Source of the DNA: an uncultured Verrucomicrobiae bacterium
Lineage (GTDB): Bacteria > Verrucomicrobiota > Verrucomicrobiia > Chthoniobacterales > Chthoniobacteraceae
Direction: 5' to 3'
Assembly (NCBI GenBank): GCA_963828525.1
Contig: CAWHEP010000010.1
Span: forward strand, 64,001-128,000
DNA: 64,000 nucleotides
Below are positions 9,584 to 21,320 of the stretch, one piece after another (the stretch's first letter is position 1; every line of letters starts with the position of its first letter). Position numbers and translations under genes: made by a program. The notes beneath the pieces are model-generated. The model was given only the letters and a program-made list of their open reading frames with translations. It ran no database searches and had not been told where the DNA came from.

Positions 9584-11003
9584 GCGCGCGGGAGGCTGAC
9601 CGGCGGCAGCACTTCGCAGAGGCCCAGCCATAGACGCTTCCGCCATATCCTCAATCTGCTTCCGCGTCACGCAATAGGCGGGCATCAGCACAAGGACATC
9701 CCCGACTGGCCTGGTAAGCAAGCCGTGGCTCCTCGCGGCTTCGCAAATCCGGGACGCCCATGCGCTGCGTAAACGGGAATGCTTCGCGCGTTGCGAAATC
9801 CTTTACGATCTCTATGGCGCAGATGACACCTTCCACCCGCACATCGCCGACATTCGGATGTTCCCAGAACCGGCTGGCTGCCGCTCCAAGGCTTGCGCTG
9901 ATCTCGCGAACGCGGCGCATCGTATCTTCCTGCTTAAGGATCTCGAGATTAGCCAGCGCGGCGGCGCAGCCCAGGGCGTTTCCCGAATAGCTATGGCCAT
10001 GGAAGAATGTCTTCATCTCCGCGAAATCGCCGAGGAAAGCGTCGAAGATTTCGTCTGACGCAACCGTCGCGGCAAGCGGCAGGTAGCCGCCACTCAGCCC
10101 TTTTGCGAGCGCTACTACATCCGGAACGACCTGCTCCTTTTGAAAAGCAAACATCTCTCCCGCGCGCCCAAAACCGGTCAGCACTTCATCCAGCATCAGC
10201 CAGGCTCCGTGCTCCCGGCAAATGTTCGCCGCCCGGGACAGGTAACCCTCGGGATGCATCGACATGCCCCCCGCGCCCTGAACGAGCGGCTCCATTATCA
10301 AAGCCGAAGCGGCGGCCCCGACATGCATCAAACGCCGCTTCCAGCTCGCCAGCGCATTCCCAATTGCAACGTCTTGACGCGCGAGCATCAACGCCTCGTT
10401 GGGGCTCCGCCCGATTGTACGGGCAGCGGTAGCAGACCGGGGCCATGACTTCCGCGTGGGAAAGAGCAGGGGCTTGTATGCGCGGATAAAAGAGGGCTAT
10501 GCCCGGCGCTCATGGCGCCGATGGTGTCCCCGTGGTAACCCGAGGCGAGAGGGAGATGAACGGCGATCGCTCTGGTCGCCCCGTTGTGTTCGAGCCTGAA
10601 AAATCATCTTCAGCCCCGCCTCTATTGCTGTCGAACCATCATCCGAAAGAAACACCTTGCGATCCGTCCCGATCGCAGCGCGTCCACCAGTGCGCCTGCC
10701 AGCGCGGGGCGCGACATCATTGGAAAGGCCGAGAAATGAACTGTGTGCGATCTTCCCGAGCTGGCGGACGCCACGCTTCATCGATCTCTCTCACTGCGAT
10801 GTCCATGGAGGTTCGTCCAGATCGACGAGTTGCCGTCCAGGTATTCGCGTCCATGGTCGTCCCATAACGAAGCCCCTGGCCCTCGACAATAACAACCATG
10901 TCATTGTGCGCCTCCGGATCCACTCCCGCATCTGAGTGAACGGATGCCAGAGAAACTTGCGGTCAAGATCGGCAGCGTTCAACAGTCCCTTAAGTGGTTC
11001 CAA
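9580..11003 (-). CDS. bioA: Adenosylmethionine-8-amino-7-oxononanoate aminotransferase (multiply frameshifted)
   Basis: Collinear fragments across frames: LWHPFTQM, KIAHSSFLG, SDDGSTAIE, EPLVQGAGGM, DEVLTGFGR, AKGLSGGYLP (PLP Lys), FFHGHSYSGN, LLTRPVGDVLVLMP. Confidence 0.88.
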
Positions 11004-11143
11004 CTACAGCCTTTTGCAAACCAGAACCGTCTGCGCATTTCGCACCGGAGCGGCATTGGAGTGCATGCGCGACTCGCCCAGCGCCAATCTCCTCGCGCCG
11101 CTTTCGTGCCACGCCAGGAAGTCTGCAGCCACCCGGGATGGCC

Positions 11144-13051
11144 TTACGCGACGCTTTTGGAGCGGTTGCTCACGAACGGAGTTACCTTTTCCACGATCGC
11201 CTCGGCCGTGAGGCCGTGCTTTTTCATCAGGATATTCACGGCGCCATGCTCGACGAACTGGTCGGGCCATCCCACGCGAACCACAGGCGTCGTGATCAGG
11301 GCATCGCCAAGCAACTCCATGACCGCGCATCCGAATCCATTGTGCAGGACATGATCCTCCACCGTGCAGATGACGTCCACGCTGCGGCGCGAAAAATTCG
11401 ATCGTGCCCGGCGTCGAGAGGCTTGATCCAGCGAGGGTTTATCACAGCCGTGGAGATTCCCTGGCTCTCCAGCGCCTCGGCCGCTTTCATCGCCATCGAG
11501 CACATGCCTCCCAGGCTGATGATGGCCACCTGTTTGCCATGCTTCAGCACTTCCGCCTTGCCCACTTCCAGCAGTTTAGGCACTTCCCGCGGCTTCGCGC
11601 CTGTGCCTGCCCCGCGAGGATATCGGATCGCGATTGGCCCCTCATGGTAGTTCGCCATCGTCCATAGCATGTCCGCGAATTCTTCCTCATCCTTCGGTTG
11701 CATATGGACGAGGTTGGGCACATGCCGGAGGTAGCCGATATCGAACAATCCGTGGTGCGTCGGGCCGTCATCGCCGGAAAGTCCCGCGCGATCCATGCAA
11801 AGTGCGACATCCAGTTTCTGTAGAGCCATGTCATGGATTATCATGTCGTAGGCGCGCTGCATGAAGGTGGAGTAGATCGTCAGGAATGGCTTCATCCCCT
11901 GCACCGCCATGCCGCATGCGAAAGGGCGCCGCGTGCTCCTCCGCGATGCCCACGTCGAAGTAGCGGGTGGGATGTTTCGTCGCGAAATGTGATAGTCCGG
12001 TGCCGGTGGGCATCGCGGCGGTGATCGCCACGATCTTGTTGTTCGTGTCAGCGAACTTCGCCAGCGTTTTCCCCGAGAAGCTCCGAGTAGGTCGGGAGAG
12101 TGGCGGTGGCGGTTTCCCCGGTATCAGGCTTGAATTTACCGAGTCCATGGAACTTGTCGGGCCGCTCAAGAGCGGGAGCGTAGCCCTTGCCCTTTCTGAG
12201 TCAGTATATGAAGCAGAACTGGCTCGTTTTGCGTTTTCAGAAAGTCAAATGTCCGAATGAGCAGCGGGATGTCATGGCCATCGATAGGTCCATAATAGCG
12301 AAAGCCGAACTCCTCGAAGATCACGCTCGGCAGCAGCAGATTCTTAATGCCCTCTTCAAACTTGTGCGCTAATTCACGGGTGTAGCGCCCACCGATCATT
12401 TCCACGAATTTCCCCGCTTTATCATGCAGATGCGCGTAGGTCGCGCTGGTGGCGATCTTATTCAGATAGCCCGCAATCGCGCCCGACGTTCTTGGCAATG
12501 GACCACTCGTTATCATTCAGCACCACGATGAGACGCTTGGTCGCTCCCGCGACGTTATTCAGCGCTTCGTAGCTTATGCCGCATGTAAAGGCGGCGTCGC
12601 CCGCCACGACCACGACGTTCTCATCGGTCCCGCGGCAATCCCTGCCCACCGCCATCCCCAATCCGGCGGACAAGGCGGTCCCGGCGTGTCCCGCTCCGTA
12701 ACAGTCGTGCTCGCTCTCCGTCCTCAACAGGAATCCATTCAGACCCTCATACTGCCGCATGGTGTTGAAGAGATTGCGGCGGCCCGTAAACAGCTTATGC
12801 ACATATCCCTGGTGACTGACATCGAAGACAAACTTGTCGCGTGGAGTCTCGAACACCCGGTGCAGGGCGATCGTCAACTCGACCACGCCCAGGTTGGGCC
12901 CAAGGTGGCCGCCTACCGAGTTGGGATTGCTTTCCGAGAGAACGGTCACGAGTTCATCGCGCACCTCCTGCGCGAGGGTTGGCAGATCGCTCTCGTCAAT
13001 CGCCTTGATGTCGGCGGGGGATTGTATTTTATCCAGCAGTCGCGTGTTCAT
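11144..13051 (-). CDS. dxs: 1-deoxy-D-xylulose-5-phosphate synthase (multiply frameshifted)
   Basis: [74 protein letters not shown] and IRYPRG in the expected order across five ORF pieces. Confidence 0.93.
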
Positions 13052-13056
13052 AGAAT

Positions 13057-13350
13057 TTAGAAAAGTCTTGCCTCTTGCGCGGGTTCTTTCACCGGCTTGG
13101 CCCCAGCCGCGTCGAACTCCACCAATTTCGGCTTCCCGGACGCGTCTCTCGTTATAATTTCGATGCGTTTCTCGGCCGCCTCGAGTTTCTCGGAGCAAAA
13201 TCTTACCAAGCCTACGCCTTCCTCGTAGCGGACAAGGAGCTCTTCCAGCGGCATCTTTTCCGCTTCCATCCGCTCAACGATCGACTCCAACTGCCCTATC
13301 GCGCTCTCGAAAGATGATTCCGCTATGGTTTCCTGGGATTTGGCCGCCAT
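13057..13350 (-). CDS. xseB: Exodeoxyribonuclease VII small subunit
   Basis: SFESAIGQLESIVERME...PLEELLVRYEEGVGL...LEAAEKRI; usual position upstream of dxs. Confidence 0.93.
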   Translation of the reverse strand: MAAKSQETIAESSFESAIGQLESIVERMEAEKMPLEELLVRYEEGVGLVRFCSEKLEAAEKRIEIITRDASGKPKLVEFDAAGAKPVKEPAQEARLF

Positions 13351-13354
13351 TCCT

Positions 13355-15077
13355 TTAATCGCTTCGGTCAGACCACCGGTTTCGGTCGCTGTAATAGATG
13401 CACTCGCGATTGATGGGCAGCGTCGTGACGGCGTGCAGAGGGAAATTCTTCAGGTTCACCATGCCGAGGATGAAAGGAGCCCAGTCCTTGTACTCCCCGT
13501 TCAGGATGTCCAGGCGGAACGGGGCGTTCCCGGAGATGGGCGTGAGATAGAGGCCGACAAGTGGTGAGCCGAGCTCATTGAAGTCGTTCACTCTTCACGA
13601 AATCCTCGATCGTCGTTGGCAGCCAAAGCGACTTCCGATCAGCATACCACGCCACTCCCCAAGGCATGTCGGATACAATGATCTCGTTGTCGTTTGTCCA
13701 TGTGTTCAGAATGGATATAAACGGAGGCACGTAGGGGGGCCAGTTAAAAATTCCCTGCTGCACCAGCAGATTCCCGAGCAGGGGAAATGAGGAGATGATG
13801 AAAATGCCCACGATCAACGCGAGGCGGCCGAGGCGCATCGTAATCTCCATTCGCGTAAACAGCACGAGAGTAAAAGCGAGGCCGTAAAAAATCATCAAGG
13901 GCACGAACAGGAGAAAAAGCGCGTTGGGCTGGAGCCCTTCGTGGAGCGCCAAGCCGTCCACTCCCATTCCCAGCGATGCCATCGCCCCCATCGACAAGAT
14001 CAGCCAGCGAAACGACGAAGTTTCCGGGCGTTTGAAGGGATGCATCAAAGAGACAAAGAACATCGGGGCCATGATGCTGGCGCCCAGTAGTTCATAGAGA
14101 TGATTAAGCTGAAAGATCGCCTGTCCCTGGAGCTTTGAGTGAAACGTCGTGGGGCTGAAGCCTACCGCCGCCATCTTCATCGAGCGCATCATCTGGCTTT
14201 CGGAACCCGTGATCTCCTGCAAAAGGGAGTAGGCGGCCAATCCGAAAGGATTGCCGCATACCTGGTAATTGCGGACCAGCCACGGGGCGTAAACCACGAG
14301 GAATGCGCCCAGCATCAGAAGCGCGTGCATCCCCCGGGGCCGAAAGGAAAACAGAGCAAACAAAAACGCACCCGCAAAGATCCAAATTGTCAGGCCGTGC
14401 GCCAACGCAAGCAAGCCAAAGAGGGCGCCAGCGGCAACCATCCAGGGAGCCACCCTCCGATCAGCGGCGCGCGCTTCCAGAGCCCTCGCGAGAGTGTACG
14501 CGCAGATGCTGAAGAGAAAGAGCATGAGCATCTGGGGCAGCCCGGAAAGGGAATACTCCCAGAATGTGTAACAGACCACCACGAGGCCAAGCCCGAGCAG
14601 CGCCAGCTTTTGGTCAAACAGCCTTTTGGCGATGAAATAATTCACCGCGATCGACAACAGAAAAAACAACACCGACACCAGGGAGATCACGCGATCCCCA
14701 ACGTAGAGGTTGATTTTTGGACTCATGTCCCAGGACTTCCGAATAGCCCCAAGAAAGAAGGAATTTACATAAGGGTTCAACGGCGCGTTATACGTGTCCG
14801 GCACCTTGTCGCCGGGGAAAGCCCCCTTGTTCTCCGTAAACTGCCAGACCGCGAGCGGGCGGATCATCTTTGTCGTGAACCCGTTTCCTCGCGCGATTTC
14901 TCGCGCGATTTGCGCCTGCTCCATGCCGGTTGCCGATGAGAGTCCACGAAACCGGGAGCTGAAGATGAGGGTGAGCACCATCATTGCCGTCACCAGCAGC
15001 GTGAAACGAACCCATGGCACCCATTTCCCCTCCTCCAAGGTATGGACGAACGTTTGGACTTCCTTCTCAGTTGCCAT
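13355..15077 (-). CDS. Polytopic GT-C (ArnT/PMT-like) membrane glycosyltransferase, frameshift near 13590
   Basis: More than 10 TM segments; AQIAREIARGNGFTT, PWLVRNYQVCGNPF, IIVSDMPWGVAWYADR; ORF 13355-13591 supplies the C-terminus. Confidence 0.72.
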
Positions 15078-16440
15078 CGGGTTGCTGCTCTTTCAGTTCC
15101 TTCAATTTGCGATGCACAGTGCGGCGGCTAATGCCGAGCTTCCGCGCTGCCTCTGTGACGTTTCCCTCTGACTCATCGAGCGCCCGCATGATGATGCGCT
15201 GTTCGGTGTCCTGCAGATTCAATTCCGAACCTGCCTGAGTCCCTTTAAGTCCGGCGACCGGCTTTGTCTGCTGCCGGATCGACGCCGGCATGTCGCGCAG
15301 CGTGATCTTTGACCCGCTGGACATGACGACCCCACGTTCAATGGCAGTCCGCAACTCGCGCACATTCCCCGGCCAGTCGTATTCCAGGACGCAGTTCATC
15401 GCTTCCGGGGTCATTTCGCGAGCCGGTTTTCCGTTTTCTTTGGCGAACTCCTTTAGGAACGCGTGAACCATGAGGGGAATATCCTCTTTCCGCTCCCGCA
15501 GCGGCGGCATCGTGATCGTCACAACATTGAGCCGGTAGAAAAGATCGTCGCGGAATTTACCCTCGTCCACCATCGCCCTCAGGTTCTTGTTCGTGGCTGC
15601 CACCAACCGGACGTCGACCCGCATCTGCTGGTTGCCGCCGACCCGTTCGAAGGAATGTTCTTCGCCAAGGACGCGGAGCAGCTTGACCTGGGTGCTCGCG
15701 TCGATCTCTCCGATCTCATCCAGAAAGAGCGTGCCTCCGTTCGCTTGTTCAAAGCGCCCGATGCGCCGCTCCACCGCCCCGGTGAATGCTCCCCGCTCAT
15801 GTCCAAACAATTCGCTTTCCAGTAACTGCGGAGACAGCGCCGCGCAATGGACCGCGATGAACTTCGCCTTGTTCCTGTTGCTGAGTGAATGCACCGCGTG
15901 CGCCACGAGTTCCTTGCCAGTGCCGCTTTCCCCCTGGATCAGCACAGTCGCTTTCGAGGGCGCGACCTGTTTGATGGTATCGAAGACCTCGCGCATCGGT
16001 TCGGAATTGCCAACAAAACTCTCCAGGCCGAAGCGGGAATCCACCTGCTGCTTAAGCGCCCGATTCTCCTTTTCCATCTCCCGGCCCTGGAGCGCGCGGT
16101 TTATGAGCATTTCGAGCTTGTCGATATTGATCGGCTTCGTGACGAAGTCGTAAGCGCCATGCTTCATCGCTTCGACAGCCGTATCGACGCTCCCATACGC
16201 AGTGATCATGATGCACAGGGGCCGATGAGCCAGCTTCAATGCCCGGTCGATCAGTTGCATCCCATCTTCACCGCCAAGCCGCAGGTCAGTTACCATCAGG
16301 TCGATGGTGTCGCCTTCCAACACGTTCATCGCGCCGCCGATGTCGGACGCTGTATAAACGTCGAAGTTCCCCTCCAGAGCGCTTCTCAGGCCGTCCCGTG
16401 TGTGCTTTTCGTCGTCAACGATCAGGATTGTGGGTTTCAT
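15067..16440 (-). CDS. Sigma-54-dependent response regulator (NtrC/AtoC family)
   Basis: REC domain, Walker A GESGTGKE, ELFGHERGAFTGA, FLDEIGE, WPGNVREL, Fis-type HTH. Confidence 0.95.
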   Translation of the reverse strand: MKPTILIVDDEKHTRDGLRSALEGNFDVYTASDIGGAMNVLEGDTIDLMVTDLRLGGEDGMQLIDRALKLAHRPLCIMITAYGSVDTAVEAMKHGAYDFVTKPINIDKLEMLINRALQGREMEKENRALKQQVDSRFGLESFVGNSEPMREVFDTIKQVAPSKATVLIQGESGTGKELVAHAVHSLSNRNKAKFIAVHCAALSPQLLESELFGHERGAFTGAVERRIGRFEQANGGTLFLDEIGEIDASTQVKLLRVLGEEHSFERVGGNQQMRVDVRLVAATNKNLRAMVDEGKFRDDLFYRLNVVTITMPPLRERKEDIPLMVHAFLKEFAKENGKPAREMTPEAMNCVLEYDWPGNVRELRTAIERGVVMSSGSKITLRDMPASIRQQTKPVAGLKGTQAGSELNLQDTEQRIIMRALDESEGNVTEAARKLGISRRTVHRKLKELKEQQPDGN

Positions 16441-17672
16441 TGCGACGCGTCTTCCGTTGCTTGCTCCTCCGAGGGCGGAGTCGCCGCGGGGAGCAATCGG
16501 GCGCGCCGGTTGCGAATGGGAAGTCGCACCGTCAACTCCACGCCCTGGCCTTCGTTGCTCACGATGTCTATCTCTCCCATGTGCGCTCGCACCACACGGC
16601 GCACGATCATCAGACCCAGGCCCGATCCCGCTGTTTTCGTCGTAAAGTAAGGATCAAATATCTTGCTCATGTTCTCCGCCGAGATGCCCCCGCCCGTGTC
16701 CGTGAATGCTACCAGCGCGTATTCGGAGTCGACATCTGTTTTTATGCGCAGGATGCCTTCGCTTTTCATCGCCTGGAAACTGTTCTTGATGATGTTGTAG
16801 AACGCTTGCTTGATCTGATTTCTATCCACCTCAACGGAGGGAAGATCATTCCGGAGCTCCTGCTCCACAAGGATGTCGCGATCCTGGATTTCCGCCGCAA
16901 GAAATTCGACCGATTCCCGAACGAGCGTGTTGATGTTCGTCATTTCGAATCGCAGAGGCGCGGGTCGAATGGCGCCCAGAAATTGATGGATGATATAATC
17001 CAGCCGCTTGATCTCCTCTTTTGCGATCCTCACGGGTTCATGCAACTCCGCCTGAAACTCTTCGGGCAGCTTTCGCAGCTTCCGATCCAGAAGTTGAAGA
17101 TGGATATCAAGAGAGTTGAGCGGATTTCCGATCTCATGCGCCACCCCCGCGGCCAGCAGCGTAAGAGCGGAAAGCCGTTCGGACTCGATCGTCTCCTCCG
17201 TTGAGCGCCGGCTCTCTGTTATGTCTCTAAGGATGACCGCGTAACCTACAAGCTCCTGGAGCGCCCCGCTCCCGGGGTCTGTTTTTCCGCGCGTCCCCTT
17301 GCGGCGCTCATCGAGGGTGAGTGGCACCACGTAAAAATTCAGCACGCGATTTTCCGGGTAGAAAATCTCCATGTCCCTGCTGATGATTTTCTCCGAACCC
17401 GTCAGTGAATCCCAATCAAGGCCTCCAACCTTTTCTGAAAGCAGTTTCCCAATGATACTTTCCTCCACCAGCCCGAATAGCTGGCACGCCGACTGGTTCA
17501 CGTAGCTGATCCTTCCTTGCGGATCTGTGACGATCACCCCTTCCCGGATGGCGTTGAAGATGGTCTCCAGCAACCCCTTTTCACGCGCGAGCCGAAGAAG
17601 GTAATTCTGGATCTCTCCCGGTCCGATACGCTCCACCCGTTCGAGCAGTTTCTCCAGGAAGCCGCTCTTCAT
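16437..17672 (-). CDS. Cytoplasmic PAS-domain sensor histidine kinase
   Basis: PAS region, H-box AHEIGNPL, N-box, DTGGG, F-box, GSGLGL; stop overlaps the regulator start. Confidence 0.93.
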   Translation of the reverse strand: MKSGFLEKLLERVERIGPGEIQNYLLRLAREKGLLETIFNAIREGVIVTDPQGRISYVNQSACQLFGLVEESIIGKLLSEKVGGLDWDSLTGSEKIISRDMEIFYPENRVLNFYVVPLTLDERRKGTRGKTDPGSGALQELVGYAVILRDITESRRSTEETIESERLSALTLLAAGVAHEIGNPLNSLDIHLQLLDRKLRKLPEEFQAELHEPVRIAKEEIKRLDYIIHQFLGAIRPAPLRFEMTNINTLVRESVEFLAAEIQDRDILVEQELRNDLPSVEVDRNQIKQAFYNIIKNSFQAMKSEGILRIKTDVDSEYALVAFTDTGGGISAENMSKIFDPYFTTKTAGSGLGLMIVRRVVRAHMGEIDIVSNEGQGVELTVRLPIRNRRARLLPAATPPSEEQATEDASQ

Positions 17673-19871
17673 ATCAGAGCCATCTGCTGCTCAGGCGGGG
17701 GCGCGAAAAAGCACGAGAACTTCTTCACAAGTTCGTTCAATTTCGCGACGTAATACTCTACATTTTCGTCACGCATCGAGGGATCCCAGTCGCTTGCCAG
17801 CTTGGAGTTTTCGTAGGCTGACACTGTTTTTTTATTCCCGGTGATGTAATAGCTCACCTTGTCGCCTGGCTGGTAGGGCTTGCCACTTTTCAAAGCCAGT
17901 TCATACGCGGAAGCCCGGTTCCGTGAAGAAGCCTCTATTTTGCGGGAATAATGCCCGAGCGAGTCCTGGAGCGTCTCGGCCTTCATGAGAAACTCCACCG
18001 GACATTTCCGGGCCCGAATCCGCGCCTCAAACTCGGCGCGCAGGCCGCTCACGCTGTCACCCTTGCCTTCAAGCAAGAGCCGGATCATCCCTTCCATGAA
18101 CTCCCTTTGGAACTTCTCCAGGCCGCGGGATTTCAAAGCGCCGCCGCGAATGATGAGTTCACCTTCCTGCGTCAGGAGGGCGTAGTTTTTGGCTTTGTAG
18201 CTGAACATCGCTCTAAACGAGGTATCGAATTCCACTTCAATCCCCTTTGGCAGGATCGCCCCCATCCCCTCCCTTAGTTCTTCCAAGTTGCCCCCAGGAG
18301 GCGGCTTGAAATAGATCCCGTCCGTATCGATCTCGATGACGGCGGCATTCCTCTCCTGGAGCCAATCGACCATTTTCCTGAGGAGGTCACGCCCAGTCTG
18401 CGTCACCTGGCTGGCCGCGTCGAAATCCGCGAAATGCGCTTGGGAGAAGCCAAGGTAGCCGTAGAAACTGTTGATGAGTATCTTGAATGTCGATTGCAGC
18501 GCCTGGAAGTAGTTGAACCGGCGCTGGTCGCTACCGGCGTGTTCGCGCATCCGCATCTTGGCTTCCAGACGGAAATCACGCAGGGCGGTGAGCATTCCCC
18601 TGAAAACGCCGAGTCGATCCTGCGCGGGCAGAAAGTCGAAGCACAACATCACGGAGGGATAAAGCGACGCGATGTCGCAATGCCATACATTTTTCGCGAC
18701 GCCCGTCTCGAAAATGGCCGTGTAGCCGCCCTCGAAATCACGAGCCACCGGCAAGTCGGGGAGGGAATGTCGCTGCCTGAAATACTCTCGGAGCAACAGG
18801 GCGTCGATCTTCGTGGCGTTGCCGCGGACGACCACGTCCTGGTAAACGTAAGGGAAGATTTTGGCCTGCATGAAGTAGCTGGCGCTCAGGAGGGCAGCCA
18901 GAATCCCGCGTCTGCATGGCCGCCTGCCGGGCGTGCCGAATAAAAAGGGGAGGTTCCTCAAGGTAAGCCGAGCGCGCCTCCCGATCCGTCAATTCCACTT
19001 CGAAAGGCAGGTGGAAGTGGCGGGCGACTTCCGCGAGTTCATAGCCCTCCAGTTCGCGGACTGAAATATCGTGGAATTGACTAAGTAAAGCAGTGTCCAC
19101 CAGGTGCCGCCCGCGCACCTGGTACTTGGGGTAATTGATCGTCCGCTCCGCGAACTGCAAACGGGAAGGCCGACTTTTGGGGGCGGCGCCATTCCGGCCC
19201 CATCCGAGATGAACCTTCAACCGCTTCGCGCAGGCCGCGAGGAAGGGAAGGCAAACTCTGAAAAGGTCATGGCCCTCGATGACGTCTGGATCCCGCTCTG
19301 AAATCGCAGCAGTCAGCCTCTGCAGAGCGTCGCGTTCCGATATTTCGGGATCGGCTGGATCGATGAAGAGTATCTCCTCCCACCCGGAATTATCGCAAAG
19401 CGCTATCGCCATCAGGTTTGATACCGGGGGGACGCCGCCTTCATACGGCTCTTCATGCTTATGGATCTCGACGCTAATCTGCATCCTCCTTAGTTCCTCG
19501 AATTGCATCCCCTTAAACAAGGTCATGCCGGTCGACAGTAGGAACTGCTGCGCGGGATCCGGGAGGGCGTGGAATTTCTGCCCTTCGTTCTTAAGGGCCG
19601 TTCGATCCCGCGTAAAATCTTTCCAGGACGCGTATTCCAACAGGTGCGATAAAGGCAAGTCGCCAGCGAGCTTTTCTGAAGCGACTCCATGACCCTCGGG
19701 ACGAGCGCTGTTGCTCCAAAGGAACGGCGCCAACCTTTCTTCCCGCAGGCTGGACGAACCATCAGCTTCCCGCAGGTAGAGCGAGATGACGTTCGGCTCC
19801 TCGAACTCTACCGCGACCAGTCGCTCAGTAGAGTTGTGACCGAAAAGGACTTTGTTCTCTTCGAACGCCAT
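17669..19871 (-). CDS. polB: Family B DNA polymerase (one frameshift near 18905)
   Basis: Motif A DIASLYPS, motif B KILINSFYG, motif C IDTDG, KNYA; the N-terminal exonuclease-like region joins by removing one G from a GGG run. Confidence 0.88.
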
Positions 19872-20023
19872 GCGTGCCGTGTCTCACCGCGCCTGTATCG
19901 CTCGATCTATCGCGCCCAATCAGACGGGGAAGTGTCGCACTTCCACGCCATTGATTCCAAGGCAAATGAAAGCGCCGGTCCACCTCCCTTCCCGGGAAAG
20001 TGACGACAGGGAAGGCGAAGAAG

Positions 20024-21127
20024 CTAAGCTGCCGCGAAGCCAGGCTGGTTGACCAGGCGCAGGCTGTTAATGGCGGCGCGAATCTCCAGCCGCAATTCCT
20101 TGAGCATCTCCCGCGTGACTTCCAGGTCTTCAGCGCGATGCTGTCCCCATTCACGGGCAATCTGCTGGAGGCGATCATAAGCATCCTTGATGACGCTATG
20201 CGTCTCCGCAGGGAGATTGGGCATGCCGAGCTTAACTTCGAGCTGGCGTTGTGCTTCCGCCAGTTCCGCCAGCAGAATCTTCTCCGAAGGCACTCGGCGC
20301 AGCTTGGTGACAAGACCCGCCTTTGACAGGAGCCAGATTGCCCACTTTGTGGGGTCATACTGCCAGGGCTTCACGCCATTGCGGTAGTCGTGCTGAAATT
20401 CGTGATGGTAGTTATGGTACCCTTCGCCAAAGGTGAAAAGGGCCATGAACCAGCTATCCCGCGCGGAACAGCGCGTCGAGTAGGGCCTGCTACCCACCGT
20501 GTGGCACATCGAGTTGATAAAAAAGGTGCTGTGCTGGACGGCCACCACACGCGCGATACCTGCGATGAGGAAGCTCCCTAGCGCTCCCTGCCACCCGTTC
20601 CACAGGTAGCCAAGGCAGGCTGGCATGACGAAGCTCATGAGGAACCCGATGAGGTAAATATTGCGATTCTGCCAGTTCACGATCTTGTCGCGCTGCAGAT
20701 CCGCCACGTTATCAAATGGGGGATCTGGGTCGATTTTGAAGAGCAACCAGCCTATATGCGCGAAAAAGAACCCCTTGGAAATGCTGTAGGGATCATCATC
20801 GTGATCCACGTGCTTATGGTGCCGCCGGTGTTCTGAACACCATAACAGCACAGAATTCTCGAACGCGGCGGCGCCGAAAAGGACGGTAAATAGCCGCACG
20901 GCCCAATGGGCTTGAAACGTAATATGGGAGAAAAGACGGTGATATCCCAGGGTAATGCTCATCCCCGTGGCGAAGAACATGAAGACGAAGAAAGCAACCT
21001 GGAAGCGATCCAGCCCAAACTTGAAAATGTAGGCGGGCGTGGCGGTCAGAGCGAGGATGAGCGTGCCTATAAGGAAGGAACTGGTCTTCCAGTTGATCTT
21101 CGAGGCTGGGATGCTGAGGATTTTCAT
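20024..21127 (-). CDS. Delta-9-type fatty acid desaturase
   Basis: His boxes HRLFSH, HRRHH and HNYHH; GEGYHNYHH and DPTKW; helical C-terminal extension. Confidence 0.93.
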   Translation of the reverse strand: MKILSIPASKINWKTSSFLIGTLILALTATPAYIFKFGLDRFQVAFFVFMFFATGMSITLGYHRLFSHITFQAHWAVRLFTVLFGAAAFENSVLLWCSEHRRHHKHVDHDDDPYSISKGFFFAHIGWLLFKIDPDPPFDNVADLQRDKIVNWQNRNIYLIGFLMSFVMPACLGYLWNGWQGALGSFLIAGIARVVAVQHSTFFINSMCHTVGSRPYSTRCSARDSWFMALFTFGEGYHNYHHEFQHDYRNGVKPWQYDPTKWAIWLLSKAGLVTKLRRVPSEKILLAELAEAQRQLEVKLGMPNLPAETHSVIKDAYDRLQQIAREWGQHRAEDLEVTREMLKELRLEIRAAINSLRLVNQPGFAAA

Positions 21128-21320
21128 AAAGGGATGGGAACGCGAAACGGAACCATCCTCCTAACTTCCGATCAGCACCGAGGCAACAGTAAAATGCAGC
21201 GCCACCGGCCAATCGCAGCGGGATGGCTTGCGAATCGTGCGGTGGATAATATAATATTCCTCCTCAATTGCAAATAAAACATAGTGTGATTGCGAAAGCC
21301 GCGATACGTTCTGCGGCTTC

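Noticed and set aside
8535..13600. Cluster of true pseudogenes (bioA, dxs, ABC ATPase)
   Set aside because: Damage appears limited to small indels with motifs preserved, and it affects normally essential dxs; sequencing error is more parsimonious.
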